This document shows positions 1 to 12,392 of a stretch of DNA of 64,000 bases, one piece after another (position 1 is the first letter of the stretch; the number at the start of each line of letters is the position of its first letter). The DNA is from Rhizodiscina lignyota (lineage: Eukaryota): NCBI GenBank assembly GCA_010015805.1, contig ML978122.1, forward strand, positions 1,584,453 to 1,648,452, given 5' to 3'. The notes under the pieces are model-generated. The model ran no database searches and was not told where the DNA came from. It was given only the letters and a program-made list of their open reading frames with translations. Made by a program: the position numbers and the translations under genes.

Positions 1-845
1 CAGTGAAACCGAACCATGCAAAACTGCGATAGATGAAGCGTACTAGACGGGACTTTTGCGGGAGTGGCTTCGTGTGGAGAGTGCGCCGAAGGACGAGAGA
101 TTGTGCATTGGGTCGAGCATGTACGGAGCAGGAAAGCTGCGCGAGGATGGAAGGCCGTCGGAGCTGGGATCGAAGGGTATCTTTGGGGAGATGCGAAGTG
201 CTCAACAAGCGCTTGGATGAGATATTGTTAGCGATTGTGTGGACCTGAAAGCTCGCATGCGGTGGTCTGCATCGCGCTGCGCTCCGTCCAAGGTGCCGCA
301 GCAACATGCTGAAGCTGCTCCCTGAACAACTGCTGAAGTGAGAGGAGGTTAAGACAGACGCGATCAACGCATCGGGGAGGCCGAAGGATATAGAGAAAGG
401 CACACAATCATGGAGCTGCAATTGAGTCCTCCGGGAACGCAGGGAAAGGTTGTCAGGTGAAGAAAGTCAAGATCTGGGGACGGAAGAAGAAAAGAAGTCT
501 GCTTGGCGCTCGATGACGCGCTGGTGGTGCACTGGACTGGTGATGTAGCTCCGGCCTTCCGCTCGCTCTTCAAAAATTCCGTTCACGCGCTTTTCTGTTC
601 GGCGCTGCCGGCGGCCCCACGCTCACTAACTCTAGAAAAATCCTGACTGTTCCCAGGGACAACCATCTTCGGGGTTGAGAGGCAAATTTCAACATCTCGC
701 ATGCCGAGTCGCCATCGCCATCCCCTATCGCGTTCGCGACGGTGACAAAGCAGTTTATAAGCGGACCTTCTGCTGCGTCGCATATTCAAGCTCTGCATTT
801 AACTATCTCTGCACAGTTCAGTGAAGTGGAAAAGATCTTTCTAAT

Positions 846-1751
846 ATGTTCTGTCATGGACGGAGAGCTAGTCAGAGCGTTGGTAAGGCCATCCAGTCGT
901 ATCGTCTTCCACTTTGGGGAACCTATCACGATAACCTAGCAGTGAGGCTTATTTCAACAACCACGATCAGTGCGGACGTCCCATTTCTTGATGAGATTGT
1001 AAAAGGCGTTCAGGTTGCGTGGCTTGTAGCTCTTGTTCCCACTGTTCCGTTGCATAAAAAACCTCACCGACGGTCAAAAGCCAGGCTCGATTGTCCTCAG
1101 CCCTTCAACTTCTTGTTGTTCGACCAGCACGAGCTCAAGGACGCCCCATTCCATAGGGTTTCAGCTGCAATTCAGCTGCTGAATCTGCATATTTGACTGT
1201 GACTCCTATGTCCCTAACATGATAGGTGCTACACCTCAATGTTGTAAACTGTCTGCCTTGTCAGAACTGACCGGCAACCAACAGCTGCGAATCATACCAA
1301 TCATTTGCCGAATTATACCCTAAGTTTTTCAGCTTCTCGTTGCATAACTCTCATTGCGAAATTCACAGTGTCTAGTCCTCTGCCGTGGAACATTTCTGTC
1401 AAAACTATTCATATTCAGCCTGCAATGGCCTTATCGTTCAGCCAAGTTGGCATGGCACTGGCCTCTGGCGCTTTTCAGACAGACTACAGTCTCTACCAGC
1501 GACAGCGTCGGCCTGCAACTTTCACCAAGGTAAACATAAACGCCCTTTTGTTCGTCGTCGTTGTCTGCCTGCTCTACGCAGCCCTCGGTGCCGCCATGTT
1601 GATCGCGGCGCTGGTTCTGCGGAGGACGAGAAAGTACGCTCAGGTGCAAGGCGAGCTAAGGGGCGGGGAGAAATGGGACGTCCTGCGCACTCTCAAAGAT
1701 ATCGCGTCGAGTTGCTGGGGGAAGATAAAACAGCTTTGGGATGGCAAGTAA
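846..1751 (+). pseudogene. Fragment of an uncharacterised fungal membrane protein (only the C-terminal part is convincing)
   Basis: ORF 1305-1751 ends in a hydrophobic helix (ALLFVVVVCLLYAALGAAMLIAALVL) after ALSFSQVGMALASGAF...QRQR. Upstream frames are broken and no clean start or exon chain was found. Confidence 0.35.
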
Positions 1752-2334
1752 TAACTCTGGAGCGTCTCCTTTGTATGTATGTCGCTGTATATATAGACTT
1801 CTTTGAGCGGAATACCTCCTTCGCTTTCTTGCATTCTTCTTTCATGTAACGTACGAGTTATAGATAGGCAGAATTCCTGATACTATTTACTTATACTAAT
1901 AGCACAAGCTTCTGTAAGTAATTCATTTCATTAATCAATTACGATGTGTTTGAAAATCGAAGATGATCTTCTGCAAATTCGTCACTGCGCCCTACGACTG
2001 ATTTCTGCCCTCTTCCTTGCACTACCTATTTCTGTTCTCGTCCAACGTCAGAGTCGGCCGACTCACAGCAAAATAGTCATCACTGATCGACGGAACTCCA
2101 GTTTATCCATATATTATATTCGTCATGCTCACTTTGCTCGTTTATATATACAAGCGGTTCCTCGTTTCAAGGTTATGTCCGCATCAACGCCAGAATTCCA
2201 TGCTTTCCAAGCCTATAGGAACAACCGAATGCGACTCGGCGGGGGATCTATTGCCCTACTTTTCATAATGCGACAGCCATAGGGAAAACTAAGCACGAAA
2301 CACGAGTCATTAGAAGTCCGATGCTTTTCTTTTC

Positions 2335-3966
2335 CTATAGGAGGACCATAAGGACCCCAGAGATGCCGGATATAACCACAATACAGACGGTCATGAACGC
2401 GACGAACGAGGTAGAAGGAGGCGACACCACGCCCGCAATACCCTTATGGCTCGAGCTCGCTGCGCCGCCCGTCTTCGTACCCGACAGATCGAACGTCGCG
2501 GTTCCGCCTCCGCCTCCGCCGATATCGCCTGTTGCGGTGGCGCCGCCCAAGTCCGTGGGGTCGTTCGGGTGTCCCGAGAACGTCTGCGTCACCACTGTCC
2601 CGCTGGCCGTGCTAGTCGCGCCTGGCAGCGAACTGCCCGTGATGTCCTTGACGTCGCTTCCCGTCGCGTTGAAGACCGTCTGCGCAAGGCCGATGTTCTT
2701 GTTCTGTAGGTCGTACACGACGTATGCGGAGCGTAGGAACGTGTCGCCAAAGAGATTGGGCGTGTCGCCGGCCGGCAGGATGCCCCACTGACAGATGGGC
2801 GTGCCGTCGTTGAGCGTTGGGTACGAGCCGTCGGAGAAGGGCGGGTACGGCACGACGAACTCGGAGATCTGCACCTGGATTTTGGGGCCGGCGGAGCTGC
2901 CGAAGCCGAAGTTAAAGGTCGCGGGGCTGTTCATCAGATCGCAGGGGACGAAGACGCCGGCTTCTTCGCTGTTGACTGCGCCGACGCCGGTCATGATGTC
3001 GTTGGCCATGTCGTCGGGGAGGTAGGTTAGCGTCGTGCCGGAGTCGAGGATGACCGGCATGGCGAGCGAGTTCTGCGAATACTGCACCTTGCCATTGCCA
3101 GCTTCGACATTCACGTTGTCGAGAACGACCGTGAAGCTAGTCAGTCCGCCAGACTCAGAGTCGGGCTGGATGGGGAGTACGACAAGGTCACCCTTGAATT
3201 TGGAGTTGTCGACACCTCCAAAGAGGATGGAACCAGTGCTCGCCTCTATGTCAAAAGTTAGCTAAATTACATAACGCAGGTTCCGGATTACATTTCGAAA
3301 CGAGTCGATGAAGAGATCTGGAAACGTACCGAGATCGTTGAGCCACAAACTGTACGCCAGCGTCGAAGTATGGCCCTGGTCCTTCAACATATTGATGATG
3401 TTGGGATACACTTGTGAAGGATCTGCGGAAGCAATCGACTCTCCAGAGGGGAATCCGACTCCAATTATGCCTTGGAAAGGGCTTGAATCGTCGGTCAATC
3501 GTGCGTCGTTCGCAAGACCCATGGTCTGATTCTCAATCTTCGCACCGCCAATGCCGAAAGTTTCGGAGATGTAGTCGCCTTGGATCTTGGTACCATCCAC
3601 GTATGATATATCGAACGCACCCTGCGCAAGCTCTCCGAAGGAGCTTGAAGAATTGGGGTCGAATGCGCCATTAGAGCAGCGATTTGACTCCTGGCACACA
3701 TCTGAGTCTGCCGCCGGTATCCAAATATCACTGCTGCCGGTATCGAGTTGTAAGGCAAAGTTCTGAGTGGGTGTGCCGACGGTTACGTTGACGAGGTAGA
3801 GGAGATTGGACTGTGCATTATCGAGGGTAGCCTGGACCGATCCAGCTCGACGCCGAAGGCTGTTCAGAGGAGCAGCTCGCTTCACTTTCGTGAACTCTAG
3901 CTGTACTAATGCCGAGGTAAGGTCAAGGAGAGACAGCAAGCAAACGACTTGCTGGAGAGAAGGCAT
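2335..3966 (-). CDS. Secreted, probably GPI-anchored yapsin/OpsB-like aspartic protease (family A1)
   Basis: Signal peptide; two catalytic motifs LDTGSSD and LDSGTT; LFGDTFLRSAYVVYD; Ser/Thr/Gly-rich tail and hydrophobic C-terminus. One GT-AG intron at 3246-3329 joins SLWLNDL to EASTGSILFGGVD. Confidence 0.93.
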
Positions 3967-6131
3967 CGTGGAGGGAAATCGGACACTGCGCGGCCCTCGC
4001 CTCGAGGTGGGCTTGCTTCTTGCAAGTCAAAACGGTGCCTCGGACGCGGACTTTATACTCGGGGATTTTGTACGATGCTGGAGGGCGTCAGAGAAGTGAG
4101 CACAAAGGTTCGTAAAGAGCTATGAAAGTGTCGGAAATGAGTCCCCCAAAAAGCTTCCTAATATAAGAGCAGGGGGATTTCAGAGAAGTAGTGGTGTCTT
4201 GAATGGTTTCTGCCTACAGAAGACATGAACTTCACCACTTACAGTTCAGTGTTACACTTGTGACAGCTCTCGTGCGCTGTGAAGCGGTGGGTTCTATTCG
4301 GGGTCGTTTGCGGCTTGAACGGGTGGCGACACGGAGGTATGCGCGGGAGGAGAGCAAATAGGACTTTGTTCTCTCGAAAGGAGCGACGAAAGGTGTGAAG
4401 GTGAATGTATCTACAGGAAACGAAGAAGACAGAAGTACAATGAGGCGCAGGCGATCTAGAAACAGCTCACGGGCAGCTGGAGTCGGGCGTTGCGGCGGCG
4501 TAGAGGGCAGGCCGCATTCGCACCCGCGAGAATGCGGTTTTTGGCGCGCGACTTCTTGCACCCACGCAGCTCGAGCCTCTTGAGATGCGCACTACCCGCA
4601 TTTAGGGCTAGCGCCTCATGCTTGGCAGGAGATGATTGGACACGGTTACTTCGGTCTCTTCGTTCGCCAGGAAATTTGCAGGGACTGAAACGTCATCGAC
4701 AACCCAAACTCATTGGCATGACAGCGCATGTGCACGGGGAGGGCAGCCTTCACCTCATTCTCAATCGCTGGATACCGCAAAGGAACAGGCGCATTCTGCC
4801 TCTCCTCTCGTACCACAGCTGAAGTCACAAAAGGCAGCTGGTGTCTCAGGTACCACGAGAAGCTTGGCTTTAAGCTTGCCAAGCCGGGTACCAACGCCAG
4901 GGCAGCCTGGGAAGGCTGAGGGCGTCGACAAATAAGGACGGCTATTCACTTTCGGCGCTCAATGCCTATGAAACATCCATATCGACCTGTCGCAGGCGCA
5001 TCCATCTTCATCTCGACTGCTCGCCAAGCCCTAGGGGGGTATGAGCGTTTCAATGCTCGTTCTGGACTCGCACTCTTCTGGTTAGGCAGCATCATTTATG
5101 CAGCTGACCACACCCTCAGAACGTGCTCCACCACGGATAGGGATGATTGATACGGTTTGTGACAGTTGAGCGACTCCGGCAATGGCTCGCTATCGTACAG
5201 ATTAAGTCTTCTGGGGAAGACCTCGCGAGGATTCCGCTTGCACAGCCTCCTTTGTGGTAAGGCTTGCTGAAGTAATACTCCATCCGGGCAACTATCTTCG
5301 AGCGATGCGCACCATCATTGCAAGCACGGCAAAATACTCTTCCTACCTATGTCTCCGCTTCATGATCCCAGTGAAGAATGAGAAAGACACCCAATTCTGG
5401 CGAGTGTACACTCACAGGGTTACTAATTCCTGGAACAGCTGAACGATACATGTGCAGAGAACTCCTGACCTCTCCTCTTCTGGATTGAGTTGCGAGAGAA
5501 GAATTGCACAACTCCAAGTGCAAAAGTTCGACTGATGAGCGCAGTTCAGGCTGAATGAGTTGGATCTAGAAATTGTTTCCGCTTTCACGTGATGAGAGTA
5601 CCGCTTTGAGAGGAAAACACGCAGAATTCGTTCCGCCTTCGGGCCAATTGCCTTGGGAATTGCAGATCGACTGCCCCGTCGCCACTAACCTCCAGCTTAC
5701 AAACAGAGCTCGAGAAACGACGTCGTGGCTTCGTGTGCTGCACTACGAGGGAGAAACAGCACGTTTCCAGAACCTCCAGGACTTTCCCCACCTTCGCCAT
5801 TTTGTGGGTCCGGCACAAAAGTCCGCTCATCGTCTCGATCCCAATTCGTTCGCGATGGCACACCGTCTGTTCAATCTTATCGTGAGGTGCTGGGCGGGTG
5901 TCATAGCTTCCCAACATCGTGTCCCTCAGGGCCCTTCGACTCATAAAAATCACGCGTCCGCCTGATACAAGGTAAGATTTCCAAGCTTCTCTTTCTCTTT
6001 AATTGTTCCCATCTCGCGCGAGAATTTCTTCTTGTCGAACTTCAAAGAGGGGCACCCGTCTGGATGCGCCCAACGTCTCAGTATCTGGTTTTCTTGTACG
6101 ATTTCGTCTCTTAGTCCACGAAATCTTTACA

Positions 6132-7691
6132 ATGTCTTTTACAACTACAACATTCGGCGCCTTCGTCGACATCGAAAGCCAACCTGAGGAGATCACTCTG
6201 CCATCTCCCGTTGTTCAGAAGGCAGCAGCAACTCCCACAGCTATCGAACTCGACGAATTAACCTGGGGAAAACGCTACAATGGCCCTCATCCACCTTCTG
6301 CGGGCCCCGCCAGCCCCACAGAGGAGCGATCGCAGTTCACCGGACAGCGTACTCCAAAAGTGGCCAGCCAGGCTGCAAACACAGGCGCTCAAACCCCCAA
6401 TCCTCTTATCGCAAGCGAACCGACAACTCCACAAGCTGACACTGCCGCCGAATTAATCCAGAGCTTCTTTCACCCTTCAATGAACAAGTGGAGAGTTTTC
6501 GGAGGATGCCTCGTCTATTGTGTCAACGGCCTCACAGACAGCGCTGCTGGTGCCTTGATCCCGTACATTGAAAAGGATTTCCACATCGGCTACGCCGTCG
6601 TATCAACTATCTTCGTTTCACAAGCCGTTGGATTTATCACCTCGGCCTTCTTTGTGGACACCCTGATCTCCAGATTCGGTCGAGCAAAGACGCTCATAAT
6701 CTCCGAATTGACGCTCATCCTGGCATACGTGTTGCTGGTTTGTACGCCACCATTCGGCGTCGTGGTGCTGTCGTATCTCTTCCTCGGTCTCGGCATGGCC
6801 ATTAATATTGCCTTGTATAACGTCTTCTGCTCCAATCTTGCACAGTCCACCGTCGTTCTCGGCGCATCTCATGGCAGCTACGGCGTGGGCGGCATCTGCG
6901 GCCCCATCATCGCAACAGCCTTGGTCTCCAGAGGCGTCGTCTGGAGCAGATACTGGTTTATCACTCTTGGTCTGCGCGTTTTATGCGTTTTCGCCGTGGC
7001 AATCACCTTCTGGGGCTATGAAAAGGAGGGCCCAGCACGCCTTCAGCTGGCTCTCGAGCGCACTGCGTCTCGCCGCACCGCCATGGAAGCTGGTCAGTCC
7101 TCAAAACGCCAGGTGCTGTGGCAAGCGTTCAAGAACAGGACCACTCTCCTTGGTGCATTGTTCATTTTCGCTTATCAAGGCGCCGAAGTCAGTATCTCGG
7201 GCTGGGTCATCTCGTTCTTGATCAGCTACCGCCATGGCATTCCGAGCCAGGTCGGTTACGTCACAGCTGGCTTTTGGGGCGGTATCACCGCTGGTCGTTT
7301 CCTTCTCACACCGCTCTGCCATCGCGTTGGCGAAAAGAGGAGCGTCTTCTTTCTGACCGTGGGCGCTGCCGCATTCGAGTTTCTCGTGTGGTTCATCCCT
7401 AACGTTATCGGCCCGTCCGTTGCCGTGGCGTTTGTAGGACTGTTACTCGGCCCAGTTTATCCCTGTGGACAGACTATCTTCTCGAGACTGCTGTCGAAGA
7501 GGCTGCAGACGACCAGTGTCGGCTTTATTAGCGGCGCAGGCAGTTCGGGAGGTGCGGTTGCGCCCTTCCTCACCGGTCTGCTGGCTGGCGTCAGTGGCAC
7601 ATGGGTCCTTCACCCTGTGTGTATAGGGCTGTTTGGAGTGATGTTGGGAAGCTGGTTCTTGCTACCGAAGGTCGAGAAGAGGGACGAGTGA
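6132..7691 (+). CDS. MFS transporter (BSC6/fucose-permease-like)
   Basis: Intronless ORF with about 12 hydrophobic segments. Motifs: NGLTDSAAGALIPY, DTLISRFGRAK (motif A-like), HGSYGVGGICGP, YQGAEVSISGW. ATG at 6132. Confidence 0.9.
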   Translation: MSFTTTTFGAFVDIESQPEEITLPSPVVQKAAATPTAIELDELTWGKRYNGPHPPSAGPASPTEERSQFTGQRTPKVASQAANTGAQTPNPLIASEPTTPQADTAAELIQSFFHPSMNKWRVFGGCLVYCVNGLTDSAAGALIPYIEKDFHIGYAVVSTIFVSQAVGFITSAFFVDTLISRFGRAKTLIISELTLILAYVLLVCTPPFGVVVLSYLFLGLGMAINIALYNVFCSNLAQSTVVLGASHGSYGVGGICGPIIATALVSRGVVWSRYWFITLGLRVLCVFAVAITFWGYEKEGPARLQLALERTASRRTAMEAGQSSKRQVLWQAFKNRTTLLGALFIFAYQGAEVSISGWVISFLISYRHGIPSQVGYVTAGFWGGITAGRFLLTPLCHRVGEKRSVFFLTVGAAAFEFLVWFIPNVIGPSVAVAFVGLLLGPVYPCGQTIFSRLLSKRLQTTSVGFISGAGSSGGAVAPFLTGLLAGVSGTWVLHPVCIGLFGVMLGSWFLLPKVEKRDE

Positions 7692-8670
7692 GGAGTGGAC
7701 GAGGAGCGCATGTCGATTGATAGAGCAAGGAGACTTCGAAAGCAGACGGGAACGATCATTTAAAAAGCGGGCGCCTGGACGATGGATGGAGGATATATTG
7801 GACCATATCGCCGGATCCTGTATAGGAGACTTCAGATTGAAAGAACCTCTTGATATATGGCGTCCGCTCTTGGATTAATGGTTCTGATTTTTCAATATTA
7901 GGTTTGATACCAGAAGGTTCCTTGCCGTCCGTAATAACCCCAAATAGGATAATATTAATATTTTTGATATCTTGTTCTCTTAACCCTTCGATCGCTCTCA
8001 GAACGTCCACATCGCAGTGCCGTTAGAGCTCGTTCCAATGCATGAAATCAAATAGGGAAGACTGCTTATTTAAGCGCTCACTTCAAACTCGCCGTGGCTC
8101 TACTAAAGAGGGTATTTCCGAGTTGGAGTGGGGGCCAATTACCGAATCGTGTGAGGTTTTTAAGACCAACGACAGGAACAGGTAATGCTTTCCCGCACAT
8201 CCTCATCACATCCCCTCGAAGATCATTCTCTGTGGGAATATGCTGAGATATCCTTTCACACGACGCCTCATTTGGAGCGTATTCCGTTTCCGAAGCCCGT
8301 AAAAGTCAGCATGTTAATGTGTATTTACAGTCAGCGGAATAGGTTCTAACTTGAAGTACGGAATAGGCTTCGGACCAGCTGGTGGAGCGCGGCCAGGGTA
8401 CCTTTCGCGCGAACTAACCCAAGCACAGCAAGGTAGGGATTGATAAGGCTTTCCGATTCTATATATCATCTCTTCTGCTTCTTCCGCAATCAACCTAATC
8501 TATCATGCATAATCTGAGATTCCAATTGCCGCGAGCCGAGATCGGATTTCGACCCCGCGTTATCGCGTCGTCATCGTAAACATTCGTTTCTCAATCGATT
8601 CAATCCACGAATTGTAGCTTGCATCTTTGATATATTGCCATTGAGTTGCTGCACGTCCCCAATTGGAAGC

Positions 8671-9438
8671 ATGCGCGTCCCAATTTTCGATCAGGATGTC
8701 GCTCCGCCCTCACGCCCTTCCAAGCCTCTCTTCACCACCAAGATCGTGCCCGCCTCCTACGGGTACTCCTGGGCAGTGAAGAAGGGCCAGCGCTTCCGGG
8801 TCATCGATACCCACGGGCAGCAAGTCGTCGACTTCATGGCGTGGACACGGTCCGGCAAGAAGTGTAATCTGCACGAGAAGGTGTCAATGGCGTACACACG
8901 CTACCACCTATCCGGCGCGACGCCCGCCATCGGCGAGTGCCTGTGGACGAACGCGGACGAGCCGCTGCTCAAAATCACGCAGGACACGGTCAAGGTGCAC
9001 GATATGACGTTCATGTCTTGCTTCCCGGAGCTGTACGCCAAGAAGGGAATCAAGGGCCACAGGAGCTGCGCGAGCAACATTGCGGAGGCGATGGAGAAGT
9101 GGGGCATGAAGAGTTATCTCGAGATTGCGGATCCGTTCAATATCTTTCAGAACACGCCTTATTACTCGCTCAAGCCGCTGAATCCGTCGAAGGCGGGCGA
9201 CTATATCGAGTTTGAGGCGTTGGGGGACTGTGTTTGCGCGGTTAGCTGTTGTCCGTATGACATTGAGGGGTTCAATGGGGGAATAATCACCGACATTGCT
9301 GTTGTTATGGAGGGTGATGGGACGCTGGATGACGTTGATAACAGCACCACTGAATGGATAGAGTATGTGGATGGAAGACCAGACTGGAGTGAAGAGACGA
9401 GGAAAGAGTACAGAGCTTTAAGAGATTTTTCGCTATGA
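8671..9438 (+). CDS. DUF1989 / urea-carboxylase-associated family protein
   Basis: Motifs GQRFRVIDTHGQQVVDF, HDMTFMSC, HRSCASN, DPFNIFQN, SKAGDYIEFEAL and CAVSCCPYD (conserved Cys/His set). ATG at 8671. Confidence 0.85.
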   Translation: MRVPIFDQDVAPPSRPSKPLFTTKIVPASYGYSWAVKKGQRFRVIDTHGQQVVDFMAWTRSGKKCNLHEKVSMAYTRYHLSGATPAIGECLWTNADEPLLKITQDTVKVHDMTFMSCFPELYAKKGIKGHRSCASNIAEAMEKWGMKSYLEIADPFNIFQNTPYYSLKPLNPSKAGDYIEFEALGDCVCAVSCCPYDIEGFNGGIITDIAVVMEGDGTLDDVDNSTTEWIEYVDGRPDWSEETRKEYRALRDFSL

Positions 9439-9485
9439 TCAATTTGAGCTCAGGAGACCTTTGAACGCCGTGCATTGTTTGCCAT

Positions 9486-9947
9486 TTATGCTCCCTTCCT
9501 GTCCCTTATAGCATCTTGTGTATCCTCTTCCTCGCCAGGGACTGGGTCTACTTCTGCACCTTCGCCAGCATACCTCTCCAAATCGCTCTCCTTCTGCTTC
9601 AAATGCTTCTCAAGACGGTCATGTCCCTTACTCGCAGGCTCGTTTGCCCCATAATGCAGCCTCTTGCTCTCGAGCTGCGCAGGCAATTGATCGCCAGTGC
9701 CTGTGATGACCTCGCCGGTGGCTCCCATATCTTTGTTGCGTCGCGGTATGTCACTTGCATTGTCTGCTGCTGCTGCGAGATCGGGTGCGCCGAGGTTGCC
9801 GTTTCTGAAATTTGGATCGGACGGGAGTTGATCAGGTCGAGGGACGGAGGGAACGGTGTTCATCTGGCCGGCATCATTGGGGATGGAAGTGCCATTTGCG
9901 GCCATGTCGGAGAGGTCGCCGCCTTTGTGGGCGTCTGTTGATGCCAT
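9486..9947 (-). CDS. Small hydrophilic hypothetical protein
   Basis: 153-aa ATG-initiated ORF with natural hydrophilic, acidic composition and a good start context. No domain recognised. Confidence 0.7.
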   Translation of the reverse strand: MASTDAHKGGDLSDMAANGTSIPNDAGQMNTVPSVPRPDQLPSDPNFRNGNLGAPDLAAAADNASDIPRRNKDMGATGEVITGTGDQLPAQLESKRLHYGANEPASKGHDRLEKHLKQKESDLERYAGEGAEVDPVPGEEEDTQDAIRDRKGA

Positions 9948-10403
9948 CGTGATGGTTTGAATTCTTTTGAATGAAGCAGGTGTTTACAAACAAATTTAGG
10001 CCGTCTAAGAAAGGAATTGAACTTAGCTTGGTACGTTTGAGTGGGACAATATGTTCGATTGACCCCGAATCTCTCTTATAAGCTCCATGATGTGAGCATG
10101 CGAGCAAATGTCAACATGATGTCGTTGATGTCGTTGATGTCGTCATGAAAGTTTCGTGATCGGGAGATCATGATGCCCACCAAGGTAAGAAAACTGGGCA
10201 GGCGGAGCGGAAGTGGCGCATGGGGCGGATTTGGCTTGGCCTTTCCATCCCGCTCACTCGCGTCGCGACCTTGAGCTCGTTTGATGCACATACGCGTTTC
10301 CATGTGTCCAAATGAGCTCTTTTCGTACATAACACACGGCTTGAGGGGACCGTAGTTTTTACTGCGTTCTTATACCGATGTTTTGATCTCCTCAGTCATT
10401 ACA

Positions 10404-11841
10404 ATGGCCTCAGCCATCACTCAATATCTCTCAAGTCCTCGCGTTGTCTTCCCAGCCGCGGTTCTTCTCAGAGCAGCCCTCCTTGTTTATGGAACGTTTC
10501 AAGATGCTCATTCCCCTGTCAAGTATACAGACATTGACTACTTTGTTTTCACGGATGCTGCTCGATACGTGTCTCGTGGACAATCGCCGTATCAGCGGGA
10601 CACCTACCGCTACACTCCCATTTTGGCATGGCTCCTGCTGCCTACTGCCTGGGGAGGCTGGTGGTTCTCTTTCGGCAAAGTCTTGTTCGCCCTAGGTGAC
10701 ATTGTGGCTGGGTGGCTCACTATATTGATTCTCCGTAATCACTATGGGATGCCAATGGCGCGAGCGGTTCGATTCTCCTGCATTTGGCTCCTCAATCCCA
10801 TGGTTGCTACTATTAGCACGCGCGGTAGCTCCGAAGGGTTGCTTGGAGTCATTGTGCTTGCCCTTCTCTGGGCTGTTCTGGAGCAAAGAATCATGCTTGC
10901 GGGGGTTTTGCTGGGCTTTGGTGTCCACTTCAAGATATACCCTTTTATCTATGCGACATCGATAATCTGGTGGCTTGATGCTGCACGCCTTGGATTACCA
11001 ACCACGCACAGCACACAGTCGCCGATCGAGAAGCTCATCAATCACCTCAATCAACGCCGAATTGACTTGGGTGCGATTAGCCTTATCACATTCTTGGTAC
11101 TAAATATCGCAATGCATCATATGTTAGCTCCACAGACTGTGTCCTCACTGAGATCGAGGGACTGACACTGTACTAGTTATGGCTCGGAATACCTGCGGCA
11201 CAGCTGGCTTCATCATTTTACACGGCTTGACCACAGGCACAACTTTTCACCGTACAATATACAGTTGTACCTGAACTCCTCACCTGCTGCTACGTCCTCC
11301 TTGCACCTGGAATCACTTGCATTCATCCCACAACTTTTCTTGAGTGCAATTGCAATTCCACTTGCGTTGGCCAAGAAGGATCTCGGAGCCACGATGCTTG
11401 CCCAGACATTTGCTTTTGTCACTTTCAACAAAGTCTGCACAAGCCAGGTGAGACGCAACATGTCCTTCTTGTGATGTAATAGCTGACTTGCCGTAGTACT
11501 TTCTCTGGTACCTTGTTTTCTTGCCTTTCTACTTGCCCAATTCGAGCCTACTGTCGAAACCATGGCTTGGGATGTCTGCTTTAGTGCTCTGGGTGGCAGG
11601 ACAGGTCAGTCCTTACTCGCTCCCTTTAAAAATTCACATCTAACATGAATAGGCGTTCTGGTTGCAGCAAGGCTATCGTCTGGAGATGCTTGGGCTGTCA
11701 AGCTTTGTTCCATGGCTCTGGCTGTCAAGCATCCTCTTCTTTCTGATCAACTGTTGGATCCTCGGCATCGTCATTTCGGATGTTGCCTCGTCGCACGTAT
11801 CTCCAAGTCAACGCGAGATGAAAGTAGAGGAAGTTGGATGA
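10404..11841 (+). CDS. GPI14: GPI mannosyltransferase 1 (PIG-M)
   Basis: Motifs VKYTDIDY, SPYQRDTYRYTP, NPMVATISTRGSSE, VHFKIYP; after splicing TRLDHRHNFSPY and FNKVCTSQ|YFLWY. Three GT-AG introns (first 11123-11176). Stop TGA ends at 11841. Confidence 0.95.
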
Positions 11842-12392
11842 ATTTCCCTCCTTCTCGAAGAAATTCTACTCCGAACCGACCGAGCACAATTTTCGAGACA
11901 CAGTTATATGTCCTCCCTGCACTAGTGCGCAGAGTGGGTAGGTCTTGCCAAGTATCAACCTGATACACAATAGGCTTAACTTCCGCAGCTTCGGCGAAGC
12001 CTTCTGTGCTACTGCATACTAACCAAGAAGCCAGCATTCATACCCCTTGTGACAAGGAGCTTCAAGCACGAATGACGTCGATTCCACTATAGCCGCTGTA
12101 TTGCGACTCATTTCGGCATATTCGGTCGAGACTTGCCCGATTCGATCCACGCGGAGAAACTGACCTTTAACCCCTGCAGGAACGGACGATCATGCGGGGT
12201 TGGCAATTAAGGTTACATTCTTTATGTCCAATGTGTGCAAGTTGACGTTCTACTTGCCTATTGTATCATGTAGCTGCTGTCGGCCGTCGTATTTCAAAAA
12301 ATATGAATATCTTCACTGCTCGCATGTCACGCCAGCAGTGTCTCTGCTATTTTCCTTTACAGGTGCGGCCTCGTTCAAGAAAATAAGTCGTA

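Noticed and set aside
5573..5965. Overlapping ORFs of 120-130 aa upstream of the MFS gene
   Set aside because: No recognisable motifs and non-ATG starts; probably promoter or 5' UTR.
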